Shown in pieces: positions 1 to 12,200 of a stretch of DNA of 64,000 nucleotides (position 1 is its first letter; every line of letters starts with the position of its first letter). A program made the translations under genes and the position numbers. The notes under the pieces were generated by a model that saw nothing but the letters and a program-made list of their open reading frames with translations, had not been told where the DNA came from and ran no database searches. The stretch comes from Leucoraja ocellata (Eukaryota), in the NCBI GenBank assembly GCA_036785375.1, contig JAWMAR010000026.1:12090001-12154000 (forward strand), written 5' to 3'.

Positions 1-257
1 TGCTATCATTGTCATTAAGTAATGTTGAATCTGATTTCTCATCCTTTTCAGTGCTAGAGCATGCTTGCTCATTTTCATCAGACATCTCCAGGTCATCTTC
101 TTGCTCATCATTTTCATCGTCATCAGGGGCTGCCAGGAAATGTAGCTTTAAGCCAGTAAAATTGGACAGAAGCAGGAACATGGCCTCAGAATAAAAGAGC
201 TTCATACATTTGGCAAGAATGTCAGGAAAGCCATCTTCCTCTGCTTGATCATAGCAT
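1..257 (-). CDS. OGFOD1: OGFOD1 exon 10 (partial)
   Basis: [41 protein letters not shown] followed by an acidic linker; runs off the window. Confidence 0.94.
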
Positions 258-3200
258 CTAAGAAACAGAGAGGCGCTATCAGAGAGCATGCCACAAATCC
301 AGGGAAAACTGACCAGATCTCTGAACAATAACAAGGTTTGTCACTTATTTCACAAATACATTAAACAGATCTGGCAACCCATCTGCTATGAGCACAAGCT
401 CAAGTTAGCTTCTATTGTACAAAAGGAAACAATGGTGCAGCATTGAAAGACCATACTACTGCAGAGATTGAAATTTTAGATAAAGTGGTCAAACATGGCC
501 CATTAAATCACCTGAGCAATATAATGAGCAAGCCTGTGTACAGGTCATGATTCCTATGATCTCATGAAGTGGAAGGAAAACGAGAGGGATAAAAAAGATG
601 AAGCCTAGATAAGCATTCTGTAGCACAAATAATGTATTTTTCTATTTCTGAAATAATGAAGTGCAAATGTGGTGACTGCCATTATCTTCCATTCCAGGTT
701 TAGGTGCACTTGATTTTTGGAGTAACACAACATTACAGAAAAGTCCTGCTGTAAATTCTGCACAGGTGCTTCTGGGTTAAGTATTCCATTGATAAGCACA
801 TTTTAAAAAAAATCATTCAACATCTTTAATATTCATGAATGCCGATCCTTCAGATTTCTGATCCACCTACCTTTTGTTGGCTGGCCCTCTTCTCTTCCAT
901 TTAATCTTTGGGTTAGATATAGCCTCACATACCATCTGAAATTTTTCTTTCTGATCAGAAAATGCAGAAAAATGTTTGTTTTACTGTTATCGCCTGTGGT
1001 ATCCCTGCATTAACAATATTTTACATTTTGAAACTTAATTTCTTTCTTTTTTTGGATTCTCATCCTCTATTGCTGTAATTTCATAGCTTTTGTTAATTTA
1101 CACTCCACAACTTTGAACAAACATCAAAGTCTGATTGTCAATATAAACCAGTGGGTTGACGTTTTATGCAAAATGACTGTTTCTTTGACTATGGCTCTAA
1201 ATAATCTGGCCTGACAGGGCAGTGCTGATTTGAAGAAACTACAATCTGTGAGGTTCTATTTTTCAGATGATGGTCCTCTCCCATCTGCCTGCCTCGGAGT
1301 CACACCAAAACATCCCAATGCAATGTTTAAACCAGAGCAGTGGAGGTCTCTTGGTTAACATTATTTAATTATTTGGTTAATGTCTCTTGGTTACATTAAT
1401 CTATCAAATAATATTACTATAAGCTATTATATAGTCATGCTTGCCATTTGTAAGATTACCATGCAAACACATCTATTTGATAACAGTAAGAATATAGAAA
1501 ATGCTGAAAATTCTCAGTTGGCCTAGCCCCAGTTGCAGCCTGACCTGTTAAGTATTTCCATATTTTCTGTTTTATTTTAGATTATCACCATTTATTCCAA
1601 TAATATTTCACTAGGCAGATGTGAAGCACTTTAGGACTTCCCAAGACCAAAAAAAAGTGCTGTGTAAATGTGATTTATTTTTTAATATACTCTCACGGAA
1701 GCAGAAATGTCAATAAAAGTATCTCCAATACCTTGACATAAAACCAAAAAGGAATTTTGTTGACCGTTGAAATCTGATACAATACACCTCTTTGGTTTCG
1801 GAATAGTTCCTGACTTTAAGGATCTTATTTTATGGCTGCCCTAATGACCATTTGAAACAAAACAAAATAATTATCTTGCAATCCAGATTAAATTCCTGGG
1901 CCTTTAGAATTCTTGTTTCTTTGATCTCTCCACAGGTGGTTTGATATAAAAAGGGTGAATTAAAGATGATTTTAATTTTTTAAACTGCACAGCAAGTGAG
2001 ATGTACAGAACACATAGATTACTTTAAATCTACAGCAACAGCAGCTCACAACTTTTTTCTATGTTGACTATTCCCTTAACATAATCTAAATAGATTATGA
2101 ATTCTCCACATGAACTTGGGATAAAAACCACTTTTCCCCTGACATTATTTGCTTGTCTTAGCCATTTACTGTCAATGGCTATCAGTACCACTCCAATAGC
2201 CAAGAAAGCTTTGCGTTTCTATAATGTTCTGATTGTCAGCATTGAATGAAATTAAAAAAGCCTCCTAAAGCAACCAGATGTAGATACCACCAATACATGA
2301 CATCTATGGGTGATAATTGTCACAAAACAATTAACAGTGAAAGCAGAGACATTATAACAAATAAATTAATTTACTCCAAAGTCTTTTTCATGGACAAGGT
2401 GACAGATTCACATCCATTTTCCTATTCATGTGTGTGCGGCATTTTCTAAATTCAACCAAATAAGTGCCTGCCACACACTTACCTTGAAAAAATTCTTTAG
2501 AAGAATTTCAGATTTTTCTTCAAATTGCTCCTGGATGTTCGCTTGAGCTGACATATCCATGTAAATTGGATTGATCCATTCATAAAGTATTTCTTCCTGA
2601 AATATTTTAAGACAAAGCATGTCACAGAGGATCAATGTCTCATCACGATCAATATGCAACTTCCTGCTCAGTTGGAAGAAATAGAAACATAAACTGGCCA
2701 TTACATCCCTTTAGATATGACATCCTTATCAAGATCGCTTCTGATCTTTTGATTTAGCCGAAACCTCATGCACTAACCCTTGCTTTTAATTAACATCAAT
2801 CCATCTTTGTCTTGTTTACGTGAAGCATCTGTGCCTCCAAAGTTATCTTGGACACAGTGTCTCAGTTTATCATTTATATCCTTGGCCAAGAAATTTGTTA
2901 TGCCAGTGTTGAATGATTAACCTCTCATATTGTACCTCTGATTTGATTCTAGAGACCCCAACCAGAGATTTTGTTATAGCCTTGTTTATCTTATTAAAGC
3001 TTGTAAGAATGTTGTATATTTCAATGGGATCACACAAATTCAAGAAATCATTGACCCATCTCTTTAATCTATAGCCATAAAACAAACCTTCCTGCCCAGG
3101 AATCAATATGGCAAACTTTCAATGTTCTTTCTCATTCACAAGTATAACCTTCCTAAAGTCAGAAAACCTGACCTGTACACAGTATTCCCGTCGCAGTTTC

Positions 3201-6200
3201 ACAAGGATCCTTTGTAATTGCAGGAAGATATTTTTACTCTTGAAATCAAATCCTCTTGGACGAGGGCAAATATCACCTGCTTTCCTAATTCCTTGCTTTG
3301 CCTGCATGCTGACTTGCGGTAATGCACAATGACTCTTCTCAACCTCTCATGATTAAAAAAAATAATCTGTCTTGCTATTTTTCGCTACCTGCCAACTTTA
3401 CTTAACCTGTCTGCATCTCCAGAGCAACCATATGTGACTGTACCATCACAGCCCTTATTGCCACCTAGCTATGAGCAGCAGAATTGCAGACTTGCATTTG
3501 ATTTTATCAAACGTATCTTTGACATCAAGTCCAGCATTTCACCCTGTATCACCCTGCTTGTCAGGTCCCCTATGTGAAAAATACCTATTTATTTTCACTC
3601 TTGAGAAGAGTCAGGTGTTTAATTGTCATAGGACCAGAGGCAGAACTAAATCAATTCTTACTTGCTACATCTTACCAGTCCTGTAAACACAGTTACACAC
3701 ACATACATAATAATCAAAATATAATAAATAAATAGCAGTAATACTATATAGTATTATGGTTATGAAATACTATATGAATAGCAGTAGGAATAATACTATA
3801 TGAATAGCAATATGAATAAGAATATATGAATAGCAGTAATTAACCATAATAGTGCAAAAAATAAAGTCAGTAGTGCAATCAAAGGCACATTCCAAAGAAG
3901 ATTATAATTATTAAGATAATGTTTCTAATGGACTTTGGATATGCTTCCTCTTTAGCTGCCTTTCAGACTCGAAGATGACTTGCATTCACTACTGTATCAA
4001 CATTGCCGATGAGCCATCCGTGGATTCTACAAATTCCATTATTGGTGCACAGAAGGACTACAATGCAGGAGACAATAATTAAAACTATCATAAGATGTTA
4101 ACTATTGCATCAGCATGATATTGGTCTGACACAAACTGGCACCGATTAGAAAGACTACAACTGATAGGAAAATATAATTGACACTTCATTGCAGTTGAAA
4201 TGGGTTGTTGGCCAGAGTTTGACAACCTTTGGTTTGGGTCTCAATCGTGTTTTGTTTTTCTAACCTATTTTGTGTGTATTTGACAAGAAGATGGTTATTC
4301 AAGGCAGATTATGAGAAAAATCTCAACTTACATCACACGCAATATGTGGCACTTGAGAGAGGCATTCAATGTAACGAGGTGGCCTCTCCAACATTGGCCC
4401 GTAGAACCAGCCACTGATAGAAAGACGGCATTTGCCCTCTACCACCACTTCGGACACCTGAGCAGATAAAGCATTAATCAGTAAATTTTAAAACACAGTG
4501 ATTAATACAGGTCTACAATCAACTTTCTGGCAACTGGTGGTCTGGCACCTCGTTTAATCCAGACTAAATTACAAGATCTCACTTGGAATCCCTCACGGGT
4601 ATCTCCCCGAAAATGTGGCAGCTGGGCCAGAAGACATGGCCGATCTGGATCTTATTGGGACTTCCGCGATCGATCTGCAAGTAGAACTTGCCCACAATGG
4701 TTGGGGCTCTCGAATTCCAGCCCAGCCGGAACCAGCAGATCATTCCCATGGCTGACTTCCAAGGCCGACTTTGTAGGCCGGTGTCTTGGCTCCCTGATGG
4801 CCTATGCGGACCATTCCAATACCATCTCGGAAGCGATGACCTAGGTTGTTCTGGCAAAACGGATAATCCAGCAAAGCACTTCAACCAAGGATGCTAGGAA
4901 ATTGGTGGTGGACCTGTGTTACACGTCGTACTGAAATAAGCCATTTGTAACTTTATCAAATCATATTTTGATCATGAGCCAAATCTTGAAAGTCGTATGG
5001 GAATAAAATTGTCCCTTCACCTTCAGCAGTTTTAATACATTTCTCAACATCTGTAAAGATTGCTTGGAATACAAAATCACCAGGCAAAATTCACAGGCTG
5101 ACAGGATTCCAGGCAGGGGAGACCTGGGGATTAGTACTTGACCAAGTGAAGGAGTGAGGCAATATTCCAAATGTTTTTGTTTAAGAGGGGACTGCAGATG
5201 CTGGAGAATCGAAGGTTACACAAAAAAGCTGGAGAAACTCAGCGGGTGCAGCAGCATCTATGGAGCGAAGGAAATAGGCAACGTTTCGGGCCGAAACCCT
5301 TCTTCAGACTGATCGGGGGCGGGGGTGGGTGGGGACAAGAAAGGGAAAAGGAGGAGGAGCCCGAAGGCTGGGGGATGGGAGGAGACAGCAGGGGGGCTGA
5401 GGAAGGGGAGGAGACAGCAAGGACTAACAAAATTGGGAGAATTCGATGTTCATGCCCCCGGGGTGCAGACTCCCCAAACGGAATATGAGGTGCTGTTCCT
5501 CCAATTTCCGGTGCTGCTCGCTGTGGCCATGGAGGAGACCCAGGACAGAGAGGTCGGAGACGGAGTGGGAGGGGGAGTTGAAGTGCTGAGCCACCGGGAG
5601 GTCAGCTTGGTTATTGCGGACCGAGCGGAGGTGTTCGGCGAAACGATCGCCCAACCTCCGCTTGGTCTCACCGATATAGATCTGCTGACATCTAGAGCAG
5701 CGGACGCAATAGATGAGGTTGGAAGAGATGCAGGTAAACCTCTGTCGCACCTGGAACGATTGCTTTGGTGCCACCTCCTGCACCCGCACACAACTGACTG
5801 ACTTCATCCACTTCACCACTAACTTCCATCCGGCACTCAAATACACCTGGACCATCTCCGACCCTTCCCTACCATTCCTTGACCTCACTATCTCCATTGC
5901 AGGTGATAGACTTCTGACCGACATACACTATAAACCCACTGACTCCCATGGCTATCTGGACTACACTTCTTCCCACCCTGCTTCCTGTAAGGACTCCATC
6001 CCCTACTCCCAATTCCTCCGTCTACGCCGCATCTGCTCCACGGATGAGGCGTTCCACACCAGGACATCTGAAATGTCCTCATTATTCAGGGAACGGGGGT
6101 TCCCCTCCTCCACCATAAATTAGGCCCGCACCAGGGTCTCTTCCATACCCCGCAACACTGCTCTCTCTCCCCATCCCCGCACTCGCAACAAGGGCCGAGT

Positions 6201-9200
6201 CCCCCTAGTCCTCACCTTTCACCCCACCAGCCGTCACATACAAAAAGTAATCCTCCGTCAGTTTCGCCACCTCCAACGTGACCCCACCACTCGCCACATC
6301 TTCCCATCTCCCCCCATATCTGCCTTCCGCAAAGACTGCTCCCTCCATAACTCCCTTGTCAACTCTTCCCTTCCCTCTCGGTCCACCCCCTCCCCGGGCA
6401 CTTTCCCTTGCAACCGCAAGAGATGCAACACTTGTCCCTTTACCTCCCCCCTCGACTCCGTTCAAGGACCCAAGCAATCGTTCCAGGTGCGACAGAGGTT
6501 TACCTGCATCTCTTCCAACCTCATCTATTGCGTCCGCTGCTCTAGATGTCAGCAGATCTATATCGGTGAGACCAAGCGGAGGTTGGGCGATCGTTTCGCC
6601 GAACACCTCCACTCGGTCCGCAATAACCAAGCTGATCTCCCGGTGGCTCAGCACTTCAACTCCCCCTCCCACTCCGTCTCCGACCTCTCTGTCCTGGGTC
6701 TCCTCCATGGCCACAGCGAGCAGCACCGGAAATTGGAGGAACAGCACCTCATATTCCGTTTGGGGAGTCTGCACTCCGGGGGCATGAACATCGAATTCTC
6801 CCAATTTTGTTAGTCCTTGCTGTCTCCTCCCCTTCCTCAGCCCCCCTGCTGTCTCCTCCCATCCCCCAGCCATCGGGCTCCTCCTCCTTTTCCCTTTCTT
6901 GTCCCCACCCACCCCCGCCCCCGATCAGTCTGAAGAAGGGTTTCGGCCCGAAACGTTGCCTATTTCCTTCGCTCCATAGATGCTGCTGCACCCGCTGAGT
7001 TTCTCCAGCTTTTTTGTGTAACCTTCCAAATGTTTTTAATGGTTGTGGGACCGGAAAGACAGCAAAATAAGCTCAAACTGTAATGGAAATCTCCAATGTC
7101 CCACATCAATTGGACAGCACTGCCTGAAGGTGCCAAACATAACAGCAGGATAGTTAGTTATCGGCAGCACCAGTTTTTACAGTTTGTGTTAGCGCTGATC
7201 AACGTACCAGTTGGCACACCTTCTCTTGCGTCCTTCTTAAGTCTAATGTTTATTTAGTCAACAGAATTGTCCCTAGTTAGCGGATATCTCCGTCTGCAAG
7301 ATTGGTGCTGCCTGACTCGGGTGCATCCAAATCTAACTGGCATTCCCTATTATGCTTCTTTTCCTGTGTATTTTTACAAAGGGCATTCCTATTCCAGTAA
7401 TATCTTGGGCATATTGAAAAAAACACCTGTGACAGTATACATATCACAACATCTTTAAATCAAGTTCGTCAAACAAGAACAAAGGTTCCAAATGTCTGAA
7501 GTCTTCATCTGAAACATCTTTGTCTGTTTGTCTACAGTTAGCTTATTCTGAACTTTTTCCACATCTGTACCTGATGATGAGAGACAGGAGAAACCTCAAA
7601 GAAAACTAATGTGTTCCATGTTGGAGTTAGTGACTTGACAATCTCTCGAGGCTGGTAATGGTCTATAGAAGACAATTAGATTGAAAAGCATCAGTGCAAG
7701 TCTGCAATTTCTAAAACAAACAGAATATATTTAATATTCTTATCTTATCAAATATAATTTCACATTTACCCAAAATCACATCCATATTCAGAAACAAGAT
7801 TGCACACCCTCATCTTCTTTTGAATCTGCAGGCAAGTGTGTTCCCTTATGACTATTGTAGAGATCATAAAGTTCAAGGTGGTGTCACAGTAGCCGAGGCA
7901 AGTAACTACATTTCATAAATACCACACATGACAATCAGAGTGACAATCAGAGTGTGCTGGAGGTGGAGGGAATGGATGTTTATGATGGTAGATTGATGAA
8001 CCGCCTTATTCTGACTGGTGTCAAACTGCTGGAGAGTTGTCGGACCCACACTAATGAGAGTTCTCTGGTTGGCACTCAATCTGCTGATGTTATCATGGAC
8101 CATGGGTCCATCCAGTCCAACATTTAAATCAAGACTTTTGTATTACTTGTAAAAAGACCCTTGATCAATAATAAAATGTTGCATCTTAATTTTACTGCAT
8201 ATAACTAGGGTAGCTAGTTTACTGCAAATAACATGTGTAGCTACATGACTAGTGTAGCTGGGACATGTTGGCTGGTGTGGGCAAATTGGGCCAAAGGGCC
8301 TGTTTCCACACTGTATTACTCTAAGACTCTATAAATACATGTTCTTTCCACATTTTAATTTTGTCTGCTATGGCAATCATTTTGATTCTGAATTCTACAA
8401 TAAGGAATTTGCCCAAATCTGCAAGGCCTATTTACCCTGCTGAAAACCCATAGTAAATAAGACCCTCAAATTCTATCTGCATCTTTCACAATGACACATA
8501 AATATAGGAAAATCTGAAAATTACAAGAAAAATGAGCAGCTTGTAATATGTTTAACTCAGGAGCTTACATGCTGGGGAAGCATGATGGGAAAAGAGGCCA
8601 ACAGAGTGAAGGGAACTTAAAGATGTTAGGAGAAGCAATAAATAGATGTAATAAGGTGTTTAGATTCCACAGCATAACTAGCCTGTTAACAAAAACATTG
8701 GGGGCTGTAAACCAACTTGAGGGAAAGAAAATTGATCAGGAAATAGTGTTTTTATTGCAAATGGGAAGAATGGTTTTCTAAAAGGGGTCAGAAGATTAAA
8801 GATAACTGGGAATAAAAACAAGATAAAAGGCTACAGAGATATTGATCATTGATGAATTATTTAAAATATATAAAATGAACATGTAACCGTTATGTTGTTA
8901 GAATATAAAATGCAATGGATGCTGTGAATCTTTGAAACACTTTGGGTTTGAATAAACCCACTTGTTTGAGAAACTCACCACTGCTTTATGAACTATTCTT
9001 TATGTCTGTTCCTCTCCGAGCTGTAATTAATAGGACAACTGGGCCCCACGTGAAAGCCAGATTCAGGGCACAGGTAAATCGCAAGATTCCCTCCAACTAT
9101 TCTATGCAGGAGGAACTCAACAGCTCATGAGTAAGAAAAATGAAAAATGCTGCCTGACTCGCCAAGATTCTTCAGCAGTTTGTTTTATGCTTGTATATAC

Positions 9201-12200
9201 ATGGTCATTGGATATTGTCAGGGTATTTATAACATTAATTACTAAGAATTAAAACACGAGCAGAAACTATGTGCACCATAATGATGAATATATGTTAGAC
9301 ATCTTTGGGAGTCACCAGTACATCATGGCTAAAGTGATATAAGTCAGTGATATGTTGCAAATCCTACTCACCATCGGCATCATATAGATCCAAGGTGCCA
9401 CCATCACTTCCTTGCCACTCAGGCACAAGATACAAGATGAAGGCAATTCTCCGCCCTTCTAATTCATCATCATGACAGAGCAACACATCTGCAACAGCAT
9501 TGGGTTCAAAACATCAATATAGTTGCTACCTAAAGGTGTTTAATTAGACTTTCTCAGAAATTATGAAAGAGTACCGAGTATTTCATTTTCAGTTCAACAA
9601 ATGTAACTGTTACATTTACAGAATATTTTAAACGTGTTTTTCAAATCATATAACTTTTGTTAATGGTTTGATTACATCCACCATTCTGTATACTAAGTTA
9701 CTCAAGCCATTGTTGGATTGCATCATATTTTCTCCTGACAACAGAAGTATATTAACTTTTCTTATTTTTCAGCTCTTGGTGCCTGCTATAAAACCAATTG
9801 ATAACAAAGAGCTGCAATTGGTTTGTGATTAAATATGGTGTTAAGGCACCAAGTCTAGACTCACATGAACATTTTGGACATCAGGCAAAATACATGAAAA
9901 TAGCTTTCCAGGAAAATGGAAAAGGAATGCTTTACTGTTTTATCTTCTGAGGATGCCTTTACAAAAGGGGATCAGAAATTTGGCTCTGCAATGCCGTGAA
10001 GAGATGCCTTAAAAAAATGTGTACATTACTGTGTTTCTTAATGTCAACAATGGCACACTGAATTTTGTGGAATGCGTTTTGGTGTTCTTCCAATATGAAA
10101 ATCCTGTCAGCTGGACTTTTAACTGCACTGGTTGGAATAATGACAGCTACCAGTTACTACAAAAGAAGCAGTTTTTGCTTGATCTGATGGTTCACAAGTA
10201 ATATTATTTGAGAGGAGCAACCACACTAAATCTCTCTGTAAAGTTGGTTGTACAATGTTATATTTGCACAGTTTTCTCTATGCACTGCTCACACTGCAAA
10301 TCAATTCTTACCTGTATTGTCAGCATTTTTGCAATGAAAATTGCTTTACCATGAGCATTTGTCTAGCCCTACCATTCCTCTTCATGGATGATCTGAGTCT
10401 GCAGAAAGTGTCTTCTATCTATGGCAATCGCCTTATAGGAAGATTACAGTGGACAACGGAGAAAAACTCTGGTGAACCAGCCAACAATTCTCACTCAACA
10501 AGGATGAAAAGTTAATTGGTTATATACCTCACGATTATACATAAAAGTCAATTTTACCTATGTAGCAATTCAAGCACTTTAAGGTAAGGCAATGTACACA
10601 AATTGTAACATTTCCACATGATGTAGCAATAATCCTACACCTTATCAAGATTTTAGCCATAAAAGTAATATTAGACATAAGCTCTGTGTTTTTCAAAGCA
10701 CACCCATTATATTAAATACCTGCTCCCAATCAACTTTTTAAACATAAGAGACTGTTAGGATTTTCTAATTCAACTACAGTGAAAACCTGAAGACCACCCT
10801 TAAAACAGTCACAAAGTAATTGTATGTAATATTTACACTGTGTAGCACAACACATGATTATCATACATTATATCTAGTGATATCACTGTTCTGATTCACC
10901 AATTATGGTAAAAATGGCATTTATAGAATTCCAATAGTAAAATATTCCTTGGATATCAGCAAACTGAAAGCAAAAATGTTCATTCTATACATCTCGCAAA
11001 GATAATTAAATGTGCATGCCATGCAACATTGCAACTGAAACACCAGATGTACCACATAATACAACATTGGCAGAACCCACAGTAAAATGACATGTAATCA
11101 ATATCTCCCATATTTGCCTTAATAACACCAAATACCTGTGTATTCATACTTAGCGCAAGATATATCAACTGTGCTTTCCAGTTTTACACCTGCAATATCT
11201 GAGAGCCATAACCGAAAATCTTCATAAAGTATTTTCCTGGAGAGAGATAGAGGAAAATCATCTGAACAACTTCATCGATACGATACAATAAAACTTTATT
11301 CATCCCCGGAGAGAAATTGGTCTTGCAATCTCAGCTAAACCCAAGTTTGATCATGAATTCAACCAAATTATAACAGACTAGGTGAAATAAAGTTACAAGA
11401 GAACAATCAGCAGCTCCTAAACTCTGATAAATTATATCATCAATGCACAATAATACTGGAAATATATAGATCATGTGCAAGAAACAAATTGATCAATTTT
11501 CATCAGAACTCAGGCAATTTTGGAGCAATGAAAGTATTACTTTGCAGAGATATACTAGTTAGCTCTGGCAGATAGGGAGAGGTTAAGCAGACTAGGACTT
11601 CATTCCTCACAGGACGATGAGGGGTGATCTTATCAGGCACGTGCCGTCAGGGTAGGCAAGATAGGCACTGCCTACCCTGACTAAAATTATAAAAAGGTAA
11701 TCATTAAATATAAATAGTAAAGGCACGGGAGAATTATGCTTACCTAAGAGATCGATCTCTTAGATAGGCATAATTGTCCCGTGCCTTTCATCCACAGTAC
11801 TCGTAATACGCGAAAGTACGTGCAGCTCACGTGCTGTAGACGCTGCTTCAAATCTTCACGACAAGGGGAGCTGAAAGCAGCTGAAATTCTGCCTTTGCAC
11901 CATAGACTGCGTACTGCCCAAGGGTCAGTGGGCGATGGATAACAGGACAGCGGGCGGTGGAGCTTCCTCCTGTGTCAGCGCGAGTAACCTCAAATGGTCC
12001 CTTGATCGTGCTGACACAGGAGTAAGCTCCAACGCCCGCTGTCCTGTTATCCATCACCCACTGACTTGCTCTGGAGCTGGTCCCCTCACTACATTGAAAG
12101 ACACGGACCGGGCAGCGAATACCATGCAGTGTCACCAAGCGCAGCAAGTGAGGCCATGTCCTGCTCCCGGCGGCAGTCGGAATTTAAGCAATTGTGGAAT

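Noticed and set aside
2600-2701. Upstream extension of ORF 2426-2701 as extra OGFOD1 coding sequence
   Set aside because: Intronic; the true exon 7 is at 4457-4332 and the exon 8 acceptor is at 2597.
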